Shown one piece after another: positions 1-13,557 of a stretch of DNA of 51,050 nucleotides (positions are counted from its first letter, which is position 1; each line of letters opens with the position of its first letter). The notes beneath the pieces were generated by a model. It had not been told where the DNA came from, searched no databases, and was given only the letters and a program-made list of their open reading frames with translations. The stretch comes from Octopus sinensis (Eukaryota). Made by a program: the position numbers and the translations under genes. The stretch lies in NCBI RefSeq assembly GCF_006345805.1, contig NW_021834244.1, positions 1 through 51,050 of the forward strand, in the 5' to 3' direction.

Positions 1-70
1 TTTTTTTTCGCCACCTCTCTCCTCCTCCTCCTACTACTACTACTACTACCACTTATCACTTATAATAATA

Positions 71-288
71 ATCCTTTTTACTATAGGCACAAGGCCTGAA
101 ATTTGGCGGGAGGGGGTTAGTCGATTACATCGACCCCATTTCTCAACTGGTACTTATTTCATCGACCCCTAAAATGGTGAAAGGCTAAGTCGACCTCGAG
201 GGAAATTCGAACTCAGAACGCAGCGCTGGACGAAATGCCGCCTGGCATCTTGCTCGGTGTGCTAACGATTCTGCCAACTCACCGCCTT
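71..288 (-). mobile_element. tRNA-derived SINE family A, full length
   Basis: Minus strand begins aaggcggtgagttggcagaatcgttagc (A-box-like) and contains gagttcgaatt (B-box-like), the ggtcgatgaaataagtaccagttgag body and an (ATT)n tail. About 14 related copies in the window. Confidence 0.85.
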
Positions 289-309
289 AATAATAATAAT
301 AATAATAAA

Positions 310-516
310 CCATTCTACTGAAGACTCAAGAACTGAAGTTTTTAGGGTAGGGGACTACCCGATTACATCGACCCCGGTATTATCTGGTACTTTTTTTTAT
401 CGAGCCCGAAAGGATGAAAAACAAAGTTGGGCGGAATTTGAACTCAGAACACAGCGACGGGCAAAATACTGCTTAGCATTTCGTCCAGATGCTAACGATT
501 CTGCCAGCTCACCGAG
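310..516 (-). mobile_element. SINE family A copy
   Basis: Same head, body and tail as 71-288, with a small internal deletion. Confidence 0.8.
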
Positions 517-710
517 TTCAGTAATAATAATAATAATAAAATATAAATAATAATACAATAATAATAATATAATAATAAAATATAATAAATATTAATAATA
601 ATAATAGTAATAATAATAGTAATAATATAAATAATAATAATAGTAATGATAATAATAGTAATAATAATAATAATAATATCATAATAATAATAATAATAAT
701 AATGATGATG

Positions 711-760
<50 letters not shown>

Positions 761-764
761 TAAT

Positions 765-979
765 ATTTTCTGCACTAGGCAGAAGGCCCAAAATTTGGGG
801 GAGAGGCAGGCAGTCAATTACATCGACTCCAGTACACAACTGGTACTTAATTTATCGACCCCGAAAGGATGAAAGGCAAAGTCGTCCTCGGCGGAATTTA
901 AACTAAGAACCTAGCGACGAGCGAAATACCGCCACACATTTCGTCCAGTGTGCTATCGATTCTGCCAGCTCGCCGCCTT
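765..979 (-). mobile_element. SINE family A copy, full length
   Basis: Aligns end to end with 71-288. Confidence 0.85.
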
Positions 980-1163
980 AACAATGACAACAACAATAAT
1001 AATAATAATAGACATAATAATAATCATAATAATAATAATAATAAAAAAATAATAATAACAATAATAATAATAATAATAATATTAATAATAATATAATATA
1101 ATAATAATAATAATAATCAATAATAATATAATAATAATAATAATAAAAATATATAATAGAATA

Positions 1164-1208
<45 letters not shown>

Positions 1209-1211
1209 TAA

Positions 1212-1534
1212 TGGTTTCAAATTTTGTCAGAAGGGCAGCAATTCTGAGGGGAAGGGTAAGTCGATTACATCGACCCCAGTGCGTAACTGGTACTTATTTC
1301 ATCGACTCCGAAAGGTTCAAAGGCAAAGTCGACCTCGGTGGAATTTGAACTCGGAACGTAAAATAAGTTTTTTTCAGGTTTTGGCGCGAGGCCAGAAATG
1401 TTAAATGGAAGAGGAGTTGGGGGGGGGGGACGAATCGATAACTGGCATTCGCTGTTGGAAACTTAAAGTGCCGGAAGGAATACTACTAAGCGTTTTGTCC
1501 GGTGCGGTAACTAGTCTCCCATCTTGCCGCTTTA
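1212..1534 (-). mobile_element. Two adjacent partial SINE family A copies (1212-1361 head-less; 1372-1534 decayed)
   Basis: Contains ggcaaagtcgacctcggtggaatttgaactc and the variant 3' end ggtttcaaattttg; the second copy keeps only decayed termini. Confidence 0.7.
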
Positions 1535-1558
1535 CTGCTGCTGCTGCTGTTACTACTA

Positions 1559-1601
<43 letters not shown>

Positions 1602-2387
1602 CGCCCCCCACCGTTCTTATTGCTTTCCGAGTATATTTTTAATAAAGTTTTGGCTTGTTCCTCTGTTCAATGATGATGATGATGATGATGGCCACAAGTA
1701 CAAAGAGGATGATAATGATGTTGACAGTGATGATGATGGCGATGATGATGATGATAATGAGGATGATGATGATGATGATGATGAAGAGGAGGAGAGCGTT
1801 GGTGATGGTGATGACGACCAGGATCACATGAACTACTATGATGTTGGTACTGATGACAATGTGTCCAGTCCAGCTGTTCGCATCGATATATTTCTCCTTT
1901 GCCGCCCTCCTCCCACGCCTCTCCTCTCCACGCCTCTCCTCACCCCACCCCCACCCCGCCCTCCTTCTCGCCGTTTCTTTTTCTTTTTCTTTTTCCTTCT
2001 TCTTTCTTCTTCTTCTTCTTTCTTCTTCTTCTTCTTCTTCTTCTTCCATTCATCACCCGCTCTCAACACCTACCTACCGGTCGTCCGCACTGCACTGCCC
2101 AGAACAAACTCGCAAACTCCAGCCCCAGTTCTATAGCAGTATCAATAGTGTCTACTTCTCTTCTAGTATCAACATCGGTCGGCAACGGCAGCAGTTACAG
2201 CACCGGCAGCAGCAGCAGCGGTACTGACAGCTGTAATTCTTTCTACTTTCACTTTCCGCCAGTTTCCATTTTACAACTTCCGTCCTTATCCGGTTCTTCG
2301 TTTTCTCTCTCATCTTCGTCCTTCATATTGTTGTTATTGTATCTAGTATCTACCGCATATTTGGTATTGTTCTCGTATATACATACA

Positions 2388-2419
<32 letters not shown>

Positions 2420-2544
2420 CATACATATATATATATAAATATACACATATATATAGAATATATATCTTTTTTTCCAACTTAACCAACTTATCGACATTAC
2501 TGCTGCTGTAGTTGTTAATTAATACATTATTATTTTTATTATTA

Positions 2545-2596
<52 letters not shown>

Positions 2597-4034
2597 TATT
2601 ATTACTATTATTATTGTTGTTGTCGTTGTTGTTGTTGTTATTGTTGTTATTGTTGCAGGAAGTTTATAAGTTTTGTTGTTGTCACTTTACTAACTTTATT
2701 TTATTATTGTTATTGTTATTGTTGTTGTTATTGTTGTTGTTATTGTCGCTAATCCTAACTATCGTGTCGTTTGATTATTACCGTCCGCTATATCCACCAA
2801 CGTTGCTATTGCAGTTGTGCCGTTGATATCATTATTACTATAGTTGTTGTTGTTGCTATTGTTATTGTTGTTGGTGCTGGTGTTGCTGTAATTATTTTCG
2901 TTGTCGTTGTTGCTCTCCTTGTAACGCTCCCCCACGACTGCTCTATTTGTGCCGCTAATCCCATAGTTCGTCTTTACATAGCTGTCACCATATTGTTTCT
3001 CGCTGTTATCATTTCAAACCTCGTGTAAATGTTGTTGTTGCTATTGTTACTATCCCAACTATTATTGTTGTTGCAATAACGACAACCCTTGTCGTTATTG
3101 TTGCTATTGTTTTAGCTACAACACCTAACTACTCTTTGTATCCTTACCGTTTTTATCACCGTCACAACACTAAATATTCTTGTTCTTCTTCGTGTCATTA
3201 GACCTACACGTTTTGTTGCTGTTGTTGTTGCTATTTTAAAAATTGTTGTTGTAATAACTTTAACCTTTGTCATTTTTTTGTCTTAATTGTTGTTGCGATT
3301 GCTATTTTTACAACTATTTTCTTACAGAAATGTTGTCGCTAACATTGTTGCTAATCCCCTTATAGTTGCTATTTATTCGTTTGTTGACGTTTTCCAATTA
3401 AGGTATTATCCGGTGCTGCAATTACTGTTGTTGTTGTTGTTGTTATTTTTGTTGTTGTTGTTGTTGCTGCTACTGCTGCTGCTACTGCTGCTGCTGCTGC
3501 TGTCCCCGGTCCTCTTTCATCCGTTACTTTGTTTTTGCTGGTGTCCATCATGGTTATGCTGTTGCTGTTGATAATGATGATGATGATCATGTTGCTGTGG
3601 TTACTGTTGTTGATGTTACTGATGTTTTAACCCGTCGTGGCATTTATGGGGAAGAGAACGATGGAGAGGATGCAGGTGGCGGTGGGGGTGGGGGTGGAGG
3701 CGGGGGTGGAGGTGGGGGTGGTGGCGGCGGCGATGATGATGACGATGAGTATATGATGATGGTGATGGTGGTAGTAGTGGTGGTGGTGGTTGGTGGTGGT
3801 GGTGGTAGTGGTGGTAATGGTGGTAATGTTGGAGGTGATGGTAGGGGGTGCGCGTGGAAGTCATAATGATGTTTATGATGATTATGATTAGGATGACGAC
3901 GATGATGATGATAAGGGTGATGATGAGAGTGATGATGATGTTGATGATGTTGATGATAATGATGATGATGATGATTAGGATAATGATGACGATGATGAGG
4001 AAGATGATGATGATGATGATGATGATGATGAGAG

Positions 4035-4070
<36 letters not shown>

Positions 4071-4132
4071 GAGTGATGATGATGATGATGATGATGATGT
4101 GATGATGATGATGATGATGACGATAACGATGG

Positions 4133-4167
<35 letters not shown>

Positions 4168-4671
4168 TCGGTCATGTTGAGCCTGACCAACACTTGTGAT
4201 GCGGCTCGTAAATCTCAAAGTTTTGTCTCAAATAAATCGCTGGTATCATTGTTTCCCTATTTAGAAAGAGGCATGAACGTCACCACAGCCCATTGAAGTC
4301 TACCGCTTCCTTCTTCCCCAATACTTTGCACCTTGGAAGAAAAACAAGAAGGAAACAACAAAAAACAACATCATCAACACACCAATCCATCCGTGACCCT
4401 CACAACACACATTAATACTTGCAACGCCCCCTGCAGCAACATAAACAGTTGACCATCGTTATCTACCATCCTACGTGTTGTTTTCTTATTCACCTATTCA
4501 CGTTGTTTGTTTTCACAACACTATCACGTGGGAATTGAACTTCCGGTAAGTTAGCTTCCTGTCTGGTTTCGACTTTTCTTTCCCTTTCCTTTCCTTTTAT
4601 TTTATTTTATTTTATTTTATTTTATTTTATTTCATGTCATTTTTCCGTTGAATTTATTTATTTATTTTTGA

Positions 4672-4825
4672 AACCTGCTACTTATTTTCTCGGTTTCTTT
4701 TGCAGAACCGCTAAGTTACGGAGACTTAAACAAACCCTCACCGGCGTCCATACATACATACATATATACATGTGTGTGTGTGTATTTATACATACATGCA
4801 CATACACACACACACACACACACAG

Positions 4826-4871
<46 letters not shown>

Positions 4872-4945
4872 CATACATATATATAAACACGACGGGCTTC
4901 TTTCAGTTTCTGCCAAACAAATCCATTCACAAACAGTATTTTGTA
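4672..4945 (-). mobile_element. Internal fragment of SINE family B
   Basis: gaaccgctaagttacgg and acgacgggcttctttcagtttc on either side of a (CA/TA)n spacer, as in full family B copies. Confidence 0.7.
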
Positions 4946-5385
4946 AGGTCAGGGGGCAAGAGGATCGTGACCTGGACGTTAACCAACAACAACAACAACA
5001 ACACCCGTAAGAATAGCAACGGCAGCGGCAGTAAAAATAACAACAACAACACACACTACTACTACAAAAATGCAAACAACAATATAACTCACCTCAACAA
5101 CAACAACAGCAATTATAATAATAAGAAGAACAACAACCGAAACTAATGCAACAACGCCACATTATATAATCATTACCAACTACAACAACAACGACAACAG
5201 CAACTGCAATTACAAAACAATAAGTGCAACAATAACAATAACAGTGTAAACTGTAATAATAAAGCTTTAAAAAAAAACAATTTACACAACTGTAGCAAGG
5301 ACAGCAGGAAGAATACGAAGATAATAAATAAAGCAAGCAACAACAACGACAAAACAACAGCACCGTAAACAACAATAACCACAGC

Positions 5386-5443
<58 letters not shown>

Positions 5444-5450
5444 GTAATAA

Positions 5451-5533
<83 letters not shown>

Positions 5534-5552
5534 TGATAATAATAAATAATAA

Positions 5553-5693
5553 TGCTTGTAACTGGAAGCACAAGGCCTCATATTTGGGGGAAGGGATTAA
5601 GTGGATTACGTCTACCCGAGTGCGTAACAGGTAGTTATTTAATCGAAACCGAAAGGATGAAAGGCAAAGTCGACCTCGGTGAAATCTGAATTT
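5553..5693 (-). mobile_element. SINE family A, 5'-truncated
   Basis: gcacaaggcc ... gaaaggatgaaaggcaaagtcgacctcgg, flanked by (TAA)n. Confidence 0.8.
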
Positions 5694-5764
5694 AATAATA
5701 ATAATTATAATAATAATAATAATAATAACAACAACAACAACAACAACAACAACAATAATAATAA

Positions 5765-5805
<41 letters not shown>

Positions 5806-5967
5806 TCCTTCACTCGCCCTAGGACGCTAGGTGTGTCTCGATGAGTGATTGTAACAAACAGGCAAATTAAAAGTATACGACAGCGAAAACAATAGCAATA
5901 ACAACAACAACAACAATAAGAATAATAATAATAATAATAAGAAGAAGAAAAATAATAATAATAATAA

Positions 5968-6186
5968 TCCTTTCTACTAAAGACCCTAGGCCCGAAATTT
6001 TAGGGGAGGGGATTAGTCCCTTACATTAACACAAATGTTTCACTGGTGCTTATTTCATCGACACCGAAAGTAGGAAAGGCAAAGTCGACCACGGCGGAAT
6101 TTGAACTCAGAACGTAAGCGACAGGCGATATTACCGCGGAAGAATTTTGCTCTGGTACGCTAACGACTCTACCAACTCGCCGCCCT
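5968..6186 (-). mobile_element. SINE family A copy, full length
   Basis: Aligns with 71-288; flanked by (TAA)n on both sides. Confidence 0.82.
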
Positions 6187-6239
6187 GATAATAATAATAA
6201 TAATATAATAATAATAATAATATAATAATAATAATAATA

Positions 6240-6350
<111 letters not shown>

Positions 6351-6699
6351 TTGATGATGATGATGATAATGACGATGATGATTTTTTTTATTGACCACAA
6401 GGGCCGAAAACAAAACATAGGAACAAATCGGAGATTATACAATGAAGTGTATACAATAACAGTAAGAATTAACAAAAAAAGTGTAACAACAAAAATGTCC
6501 AAAAGGTCGGGGTGGGGGAGGAGCAATAACAAGAAAAAAATAATGTCAACAACAATAATAAAGTTTACAAAAACAATTGAAAAAATAACAACAACAATAT
6601 GAACTATATCAACTAAAAATACTACTACTACTACTGCAACAGAAACAGTAGCAACAACACAACAACACAACAACAACACGGCTACACAACAATTAGAAC

Positions 6700-6906
6700 A
6701 AACTTCCACTCCTCCCACGACCACCACCTCAGCCTGCAGCACCACTACCAACACCAGCAACAAAATAAACAGGAGCAACACAAACAACACCTTCATTCGA
6801 CCATACTACTACTACTACTACTAATACTACTACCACTACTACTACCAACACCACCAACACCACCACTACTACTATTACTACTACTACTACCAACACCAAC
6901 ACCAGC

Positions 6907-6972
<66 letters not shown>

Positions 6973-7423
6973 GCTGCTGCTACTACTACTACTGTTACTA
7001 CTACTACTAGTACTACTACTATAGTGGTAGTAGTAATATGAACACCTGCGGCAGTAGTGACAACACTAACAACACAACACAACACAACACAAGCACAACA
7101 ACGATACAACAAAAGCAATTTTTCCACTCCTTCCATGACCACCACCACCGCCACCGCCACCACCACCACCACCACCACCACAGCGAGCACCAGGTCCAAA
7201 CAAATAACAACAATAACAACAACAGTGTCAACACAACCAACGCCGCCGCCGCCGCCGCCGTCGCATCGGCTGTCACCAGGTTCGTTGTAAAAATCCGCAA
7301 ATCGACGACCAGCGATTTACATGCATCGGGAGATCTATCAATGGATTCCACTATGGCTACTCATTGGATTTAGCTGACGACGCTGACGCTCACACTGACG
7401 CTGCCCGTTTACTGTGTTCTGGT

Positions 7424-7457
<34 letters not shown>

Positions 7458-7627
7458 GTTGCTGTGATTGTTTTAGTTTTCTTTTTTATTGCTGTTGTTG
7501 CCGTTGTTGTTGTCGTAACATGGTTTCCGCCGGCAACGCTGGGAAGCTGAGCTGCTAGCAATAGCAAAACACGAGCCTTCGCTGCCTCAGGGCATTCCGT
7601 AATGCTACCACTTCCACTAACGCTATA

Positions 7628-7662
<35 letters not shown>

Positions 7663-7721
7663 CACCACCACCACTACTACTACTACCACCACCACCACCA
7701 CCACCACCACTGCTGCTACTG

Positions 7722-7766
<45 letters not shown>

Positions 7767-8013
7767 TCACCATCACCACCACCACCACTACTACTACTAC
7801 TGCTGCTGCTGCTGCTACCACTACCACTGCCGCCACCAGTACCACCAAACACCACCACCACTACTACTACTGCTACTACTACCACTACCACTACAACTAC
7901 CACCACCATAACCACTACTACTACTACCACCACCACCAACCAGTACCGCCAAACATCACCACCACTACTACCACCACCACCACCTCTACAACTACTACTA
8001 CTACTATCAAGGC

Positions 8014-8053
<40 letters not shown>

Positions 8054-9350
8054 GTCGTCGTTGTCGTCGCTGTAGATATTAAGAGTAACTACCACATTCA
8101 TCATCATCATCATCATCGTCATCATCATCAGCTTCAGCTTCATCATCATCATCATCATCATCATCTTCATCGACAAAATTCAAACAGCTGCACTGATGAC
8201 GCCACCACACCTACTTGCACCGCAACTTCCTTTACAAATAGTACCACTAATCTACTAGATCCAAACTAGGTTAAAAACAAACAAAAATTGCTGCTTTCCT
8301 GCCCGTACTAACACAACAACCACCACTACCACCACCACAACCACCACCACAACCCTAAACTCTACTACACTTCTCTCCACCACAACGACCACGATCACCA
8401 CTTCTACCCCCACTACCATCAATACAACCACCACCACAATCACCACCGACTCCATCTCTTCAACCACCACCACTACCTTTACCACGACCAGCGCCACCCC
8501 CATGAGTACCGTTTCTGTCACCACTACCACCAGAACTACCACAACGGCCACCATCACCTCCACCTCTACCACCACCAACACCAGTACTAACAACAATCAA
8601 CAATGGATCTACCCCCAACCACAACCACCGCTACCATCAATCGTCAGCTTCAAGACTGCCTGAAGTAAATCTCACCACTAATACTACCACCATCACTATT
8701 ATTATCAAACACCATCAACACTCCACCCCGCCACCACCAACAACACCGCCATCAGCACATGTAGCACCAGTTTTGCTATCTTTCTCGCGATTACCAAAGC
8801 CACACCACCACCACCACCATTATCATCACCAACACTACCACCACCACCACCGCTGCTTCCACTATTATCAGCATCTGTACTGACACCACCACCACCACTA
8901 CCATCACCACTATCACCACCATCACCATCACCGCCGCCACACCAACAGTCACCATCACCATGCCAGAAGCATTATCATCACGTTACAACCGGTATCACCA
9001 CCACTAATACCACCTTCACCAATACCACCATCACCATCACCACCACCACCACCACCACCACCAGCGCTACCGCCACCGCCACCACTTCAATCACCACTAA
9101 CACAACTAATGCCAGAAGCATCGTCATTACGTTATAACCACCACCACCACCACCACCACACCACCAACCATTTCCATTATTGCCACACCCATCACCATCA
9201 CTAGCACCAGCTCCACCGCAAGTACTATCCTCCTCATCAGCACTATCGCCACCTCTCCCACCACCACCACCACCGCCGCCGCCGCCGCCGCCGCCACCGC
9301 CACCGCCACCATCACAACAAGCACCGTTATTGTCATCATCACTATCACCA
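6700..9350. repeat. Compound trinucleotide block, (CTA)n/(CAC)n/(CAT)n/(CAA)n on the + strand
   Basis: Directly visible. Confidence 0.95.
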
Positions 9351-9714
9351 TGATGGACTGCCTGGAGGAGGAGAATTTACCATTATTCGCAGAAAAAAAA
9401 AAAGAAAAATAAATTCGAAAACAATTGCCTCCGGTCTTTGATTAACCACGAAGCAAAGAATTCCGTCGAATTTCGTCCATAAACACTAACAGACCGATAT
9501 TAATCGGCGTACTACTCAACACACCGCCGCTATTTAATAACGACACCGCTACACCACCAATAACAATAGCGAAAACAATAACTAACCACATAGACAACTA
9601 TAACATCAACAAAAAGAACAACAACGTGTCCGCAAGGAATTTTCTACCGTGGTTAGCGGAACTGTCAGTGATAACTGGAGCCAACATTTTATTTCTTCTA
9701 ACACAAAAACAAGA

Positions 9715-9777
<63 letters not shown>

Positions 9778-9945
9778 GTAATAAAGACAATGATGATAAT
9801 AGATATGGATGGTCACCGATGGGACGTCGTCTACCAGTATTTGTTAGGTGTGATGCAGGACTGACCTGGAGTGGATCCAAACAATAACAACAACATCCGC
9901 AAAACAAGACTAGGAATTAGGAAATTGGCAACAGCAACGAGAGTA

Positions 9946-10040
<95 letters not shown>

Positions 10041-10491
10041 GGTTTCGTAATGTAACCATAAGAACAACATAAATACAGGAACATTTAAGGAAAAAAAAAC
10101 GACAATCAAAGAATATATTTAAAAAAATATCAAAACTATTTGAAAAACAAATTGAAAAAATATATATGTATATAAATAAACAAAAGTATATGTAAAAAAA
10201 AATAAAACGAATTTCCTTGTTTTACCGGAAGGGGAAAAAAGAAGAAACGAAAATAAAAAGCGGAAAAAAAGAAAAATATATATATAAGAAAGTACAAAGG
10301 AAGAAAGAAAAAAAAAGGAAGAAAAGATATTTTGATGGGAATAATGAAGGCGATTAACCGTAAAACGAAAGTGAAAGTAGAATTGAAATGTAGACAACTG
10401 GAAAAAGTACTTTAAAACGAAAACAAGCAAAGGATAATTCATATACATACATACATACATACATACATACATACATACATACATACATACC

Positions 10492-10538
<47 letters not shown>

Positions 10539-11280
10539 TTGTATATATATAATTGTATATGTGTTTATATATATGTAGAAACGAAAATTACCGGAAAGCG
10601 AAGCGAAACAATAACCAGGACTAAAAACCCATTTGATTTATATTCTGATGACTGATTGACTGTTTGTGTATGAGCGTCCATATATATATATATGTATATA
10701 CACATATAAATGAATGCATGTATGTATATGCATGGTGAAAGTGTGAGAGACGAGATGGACATATTCAGATAAAAAGAAAACAGACGTGTGGGGGGGAAAG
10801 GGGAACAAAGGCAAGTAAAGAAGCAAGGCAACTTATGATCTGTTGAAAGGGAGAGGATGAGTGAGAAAAAAGAAATATATAGTTAGATAGATAAATAGAG
10901 AGAGAGAGAGAGAGAAATGATAAGATGGAATTGTGTGTTATAGAGAAAGAGAGGAATGAAAAATGTAGGGATAGCATGATATAATATGTGAGGGGTAAAA
11001 AGAAGGGGCGTAGAGAAAGGAAAAGAAAACTTCGTGGGGACTAAGAATTATGACATAATTAAATAAAAGTTAGAAAAAAGGAATAACATATATATATATA
11101 TATGCATGTATGTATATACAAACTTATATACATATATGTACATATATATATAGAGTTATGTATATGTATAATTTTTACATATATTCAAATATGTATATAT
11201 ATATTTACCCAGATATTTGTAAACAAATACACAAATTGCGCTCATGAGTGTCTGGGCAAATAATAATAATAATAATAATA

Positions 11281-11340
<60 letters not shown>

Positions 11341-11773
11341 TAACGACAGCAAAACAAAGAGATAAGGTGTGGACAAAGTTAAGTGAAAGAGAGGAGAGAG
11401 AGAGAGAGAGAGTGAGAGAGAGAAATAAAAAGTAAAGAGTGAAGAGATTGTTTGACTTCATAATATATACATATATATATATATATATATTCTTCCTATA
11501 TATGCATGTGTATATATATATGTATATATATCATTTAAGCAAGTATTAGGTAGTAGAGACAGATAGCTGGATGGATAAAGAAACAGATAGAGAGATAAGT
11601 AGATAGATTGCTAGATAAATCGATAGATATGTAGATAGATGCATATATGATGAGAGAGCGAGAAAGAGGAGGAAAGAAAAAAAACAGAATGAGTGATTGA
11701 CAATATAAACTAATCAACCAAAACAAAAAAAAAGACCAAAAAAAAGAACATAAACAAAAAGTAAAAAAAAAAA

Positions 11774-11983
11774 ATGGAGTTTCCATGTGCGATATTTCTT
11801 GGCTGGACTATGGCATTGTTGTGGTCACTACGATTGTCCGTAGAAGCTGGACCCCCCGGTAAACGGCTCCATCATCAACTGATGGTACATCGAAACTATA
11901 ACAAACTGTTACGACCGATGGGATCCCATGCCGGACGCTTGTCGGTGAAACTTGGTATGAGACTCTCGCAACTTCTAGACGTG
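11774..11983 (+). CDS. First coding exon of a nicotinic acetylcholine receptor (Cys-loop) subunit; 70 aa, signal peptide plus start of the extracellular domain. Subunit identity and alpha/non-alpha status cannot be determined from this exon
   Basis: [25 protein letters not shown]|[45 protein letters not shown] matches the nAChR N-terminal pattern KRLxxxL..xYNxLxRP.....xVKxGxRLSQLxDV. ATG in AAAATGG context; hydrophobic leader with a V-x-A cleavage site. GTAGGT donor at 11984, phase 0, at the junction that precedes DEKNQ in other nAChR genes. The track ORF 11774..12481 is intron read-through after codon 70. Confidence 0.93.
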
Positions 11984-12142
11984 GTAGGTGCAATCTCTTT
12001 CTATCTATTTAATATTGTCTCTGGATGCTGTTGTGCTTTGCAGATGGCCCTTATAAGTCATATGTTTATACGCTCTGTTCTGGTGGCAACATTCTCTTAC
12101 ACAGACTATGTAATATATATATATATATATATACATATATAT

Positions 12143-12187
<45 letters not shown>

Positions 12188-12270
12188 ACATATATATTTG
12201 TATATATATGTCTGTCTGTATGTATGTATGCGCATATATATACTTATATATATATATATACACACATATA

Positions 12271-12328
<58 letters not shown>

Positions 12329-12678
12329 CATACATACATATACATACATATATATATATATATATATACATACATATATATATATACATACATATATATA
12401 TATATATATACATATATATATGTATATATGTATATATGTATGTGCGTGTGTGTATGTGTATGCATTTCTCTTTACAGCTAGCGAGCTGCGGCCATGCTGG
12501 AATGTCACCATTTAAAATAAATGCCACAAAGCTGTTTACTCTCTCGCTCTCTTTCTCTCTCTCTCTTTCTTTCTCTCTCTCTCTCTCTCTCTCTCTGTTT
12601 CTCTCTGTCTCTCTCTCCTTCTCTCTCTCATTCTCCCTCTCTATTCATCTCTCCGAATATATATATATATTTATATAT

Positions 12679-12945
12679 ATTATATAAAAGGGCTTAGTAA
12701 AATAAATTACTTTGCCGCATACTGAACTCGTTAGAAATAGCAGCTCAAAAAACTTTTCTAAAACTATTTCTAATACTTAAAGAAAACCTCTCTCATATAG
12801 TGTTTGCTGAATTGAGCAAACACTATATGAGAGAGGTTTTCTTTAAGTATTAGAAATAGTTTTAGAAAAGTTTTTTTGGGCTGCTATTTCTAACGAGTTC
12901 AGTATGCGGCAAAGTAATTTATTTTACTAAGCCCTTTTATATAAT
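12679..12945. mobile_element. Fold-back (MITE-like) element: near-perfect inverted repeat with about 130-bp arms and a 6-nt loop
   Basis: 12679-12808 is the reverse complement of 12815-12945 except for one substitution and one extra T; loop GAATTG; TA-rich flanks. Confidence 0.85.
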
Positions 12946-13304
12946 GTAATAATTTGAATTCGCCTTAAATGGTCCCTTTGCATACTGAATACTTGGTGAA
13001 ATTGATTAATTAATTAATTTTACCCTCAATTGTTGAAATTATATTTATATATATATATATTTGAAGGCCAGCCGGCCGCACCTTCGAAGTTACTTTCAAC
13101 CTTTATCGTACAACTATTACAAATATATACTCAACAAAATAAAAAGAAAGTCTCGAGCAATTCTGTGCGATTAATATCGAACTGTCACCATTCTCACACC
13201 ATACAAGACACAACCATCCGTATATATATACACACATAACGGGTATAAAGAGGTTTTATTTTAAATGTCCGTAATTTTGACCTACTTATCTTAGTTGATC
13301 GAAG

Positions 13305-13519
13305 TTGTTGTTGTTTTGTGGTTTTGGTGGTGGTGGTAGTGGTGGTGGTGGTGGTGGTGGTGGTGGTGGATGTAGTGGTTGTGTGGTCAGTGGTTGTGGT
13401 GGTGGCAATGGTGGGTTCGTTATTGTCGTTGTTGATGGTATTGTTGTTATGGATACCGGTAGATGTAGCTGCGAAGGTGACGGTCGCGCTAGATGCTGCT
13501 GCTGTAGTAGTAGTAGTAA

Positions 13520-13557
<38 letters not shown>

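Noticed and set aside
11704-11709. TATAAA 65 bp upstream of the ATG
   Set aside because: Expected by chance in this AT-rich sequence; no TSS evidence.
11774-11983. Octopus chemotactile receptor interpretation
   Set aside because: The sequence keeps the canonical YNxLxRP and RLSQLxDV motifs and has an intron at the conventional nAChR position. Chemotactile receptors are more divergent and, as I recall, intronless.
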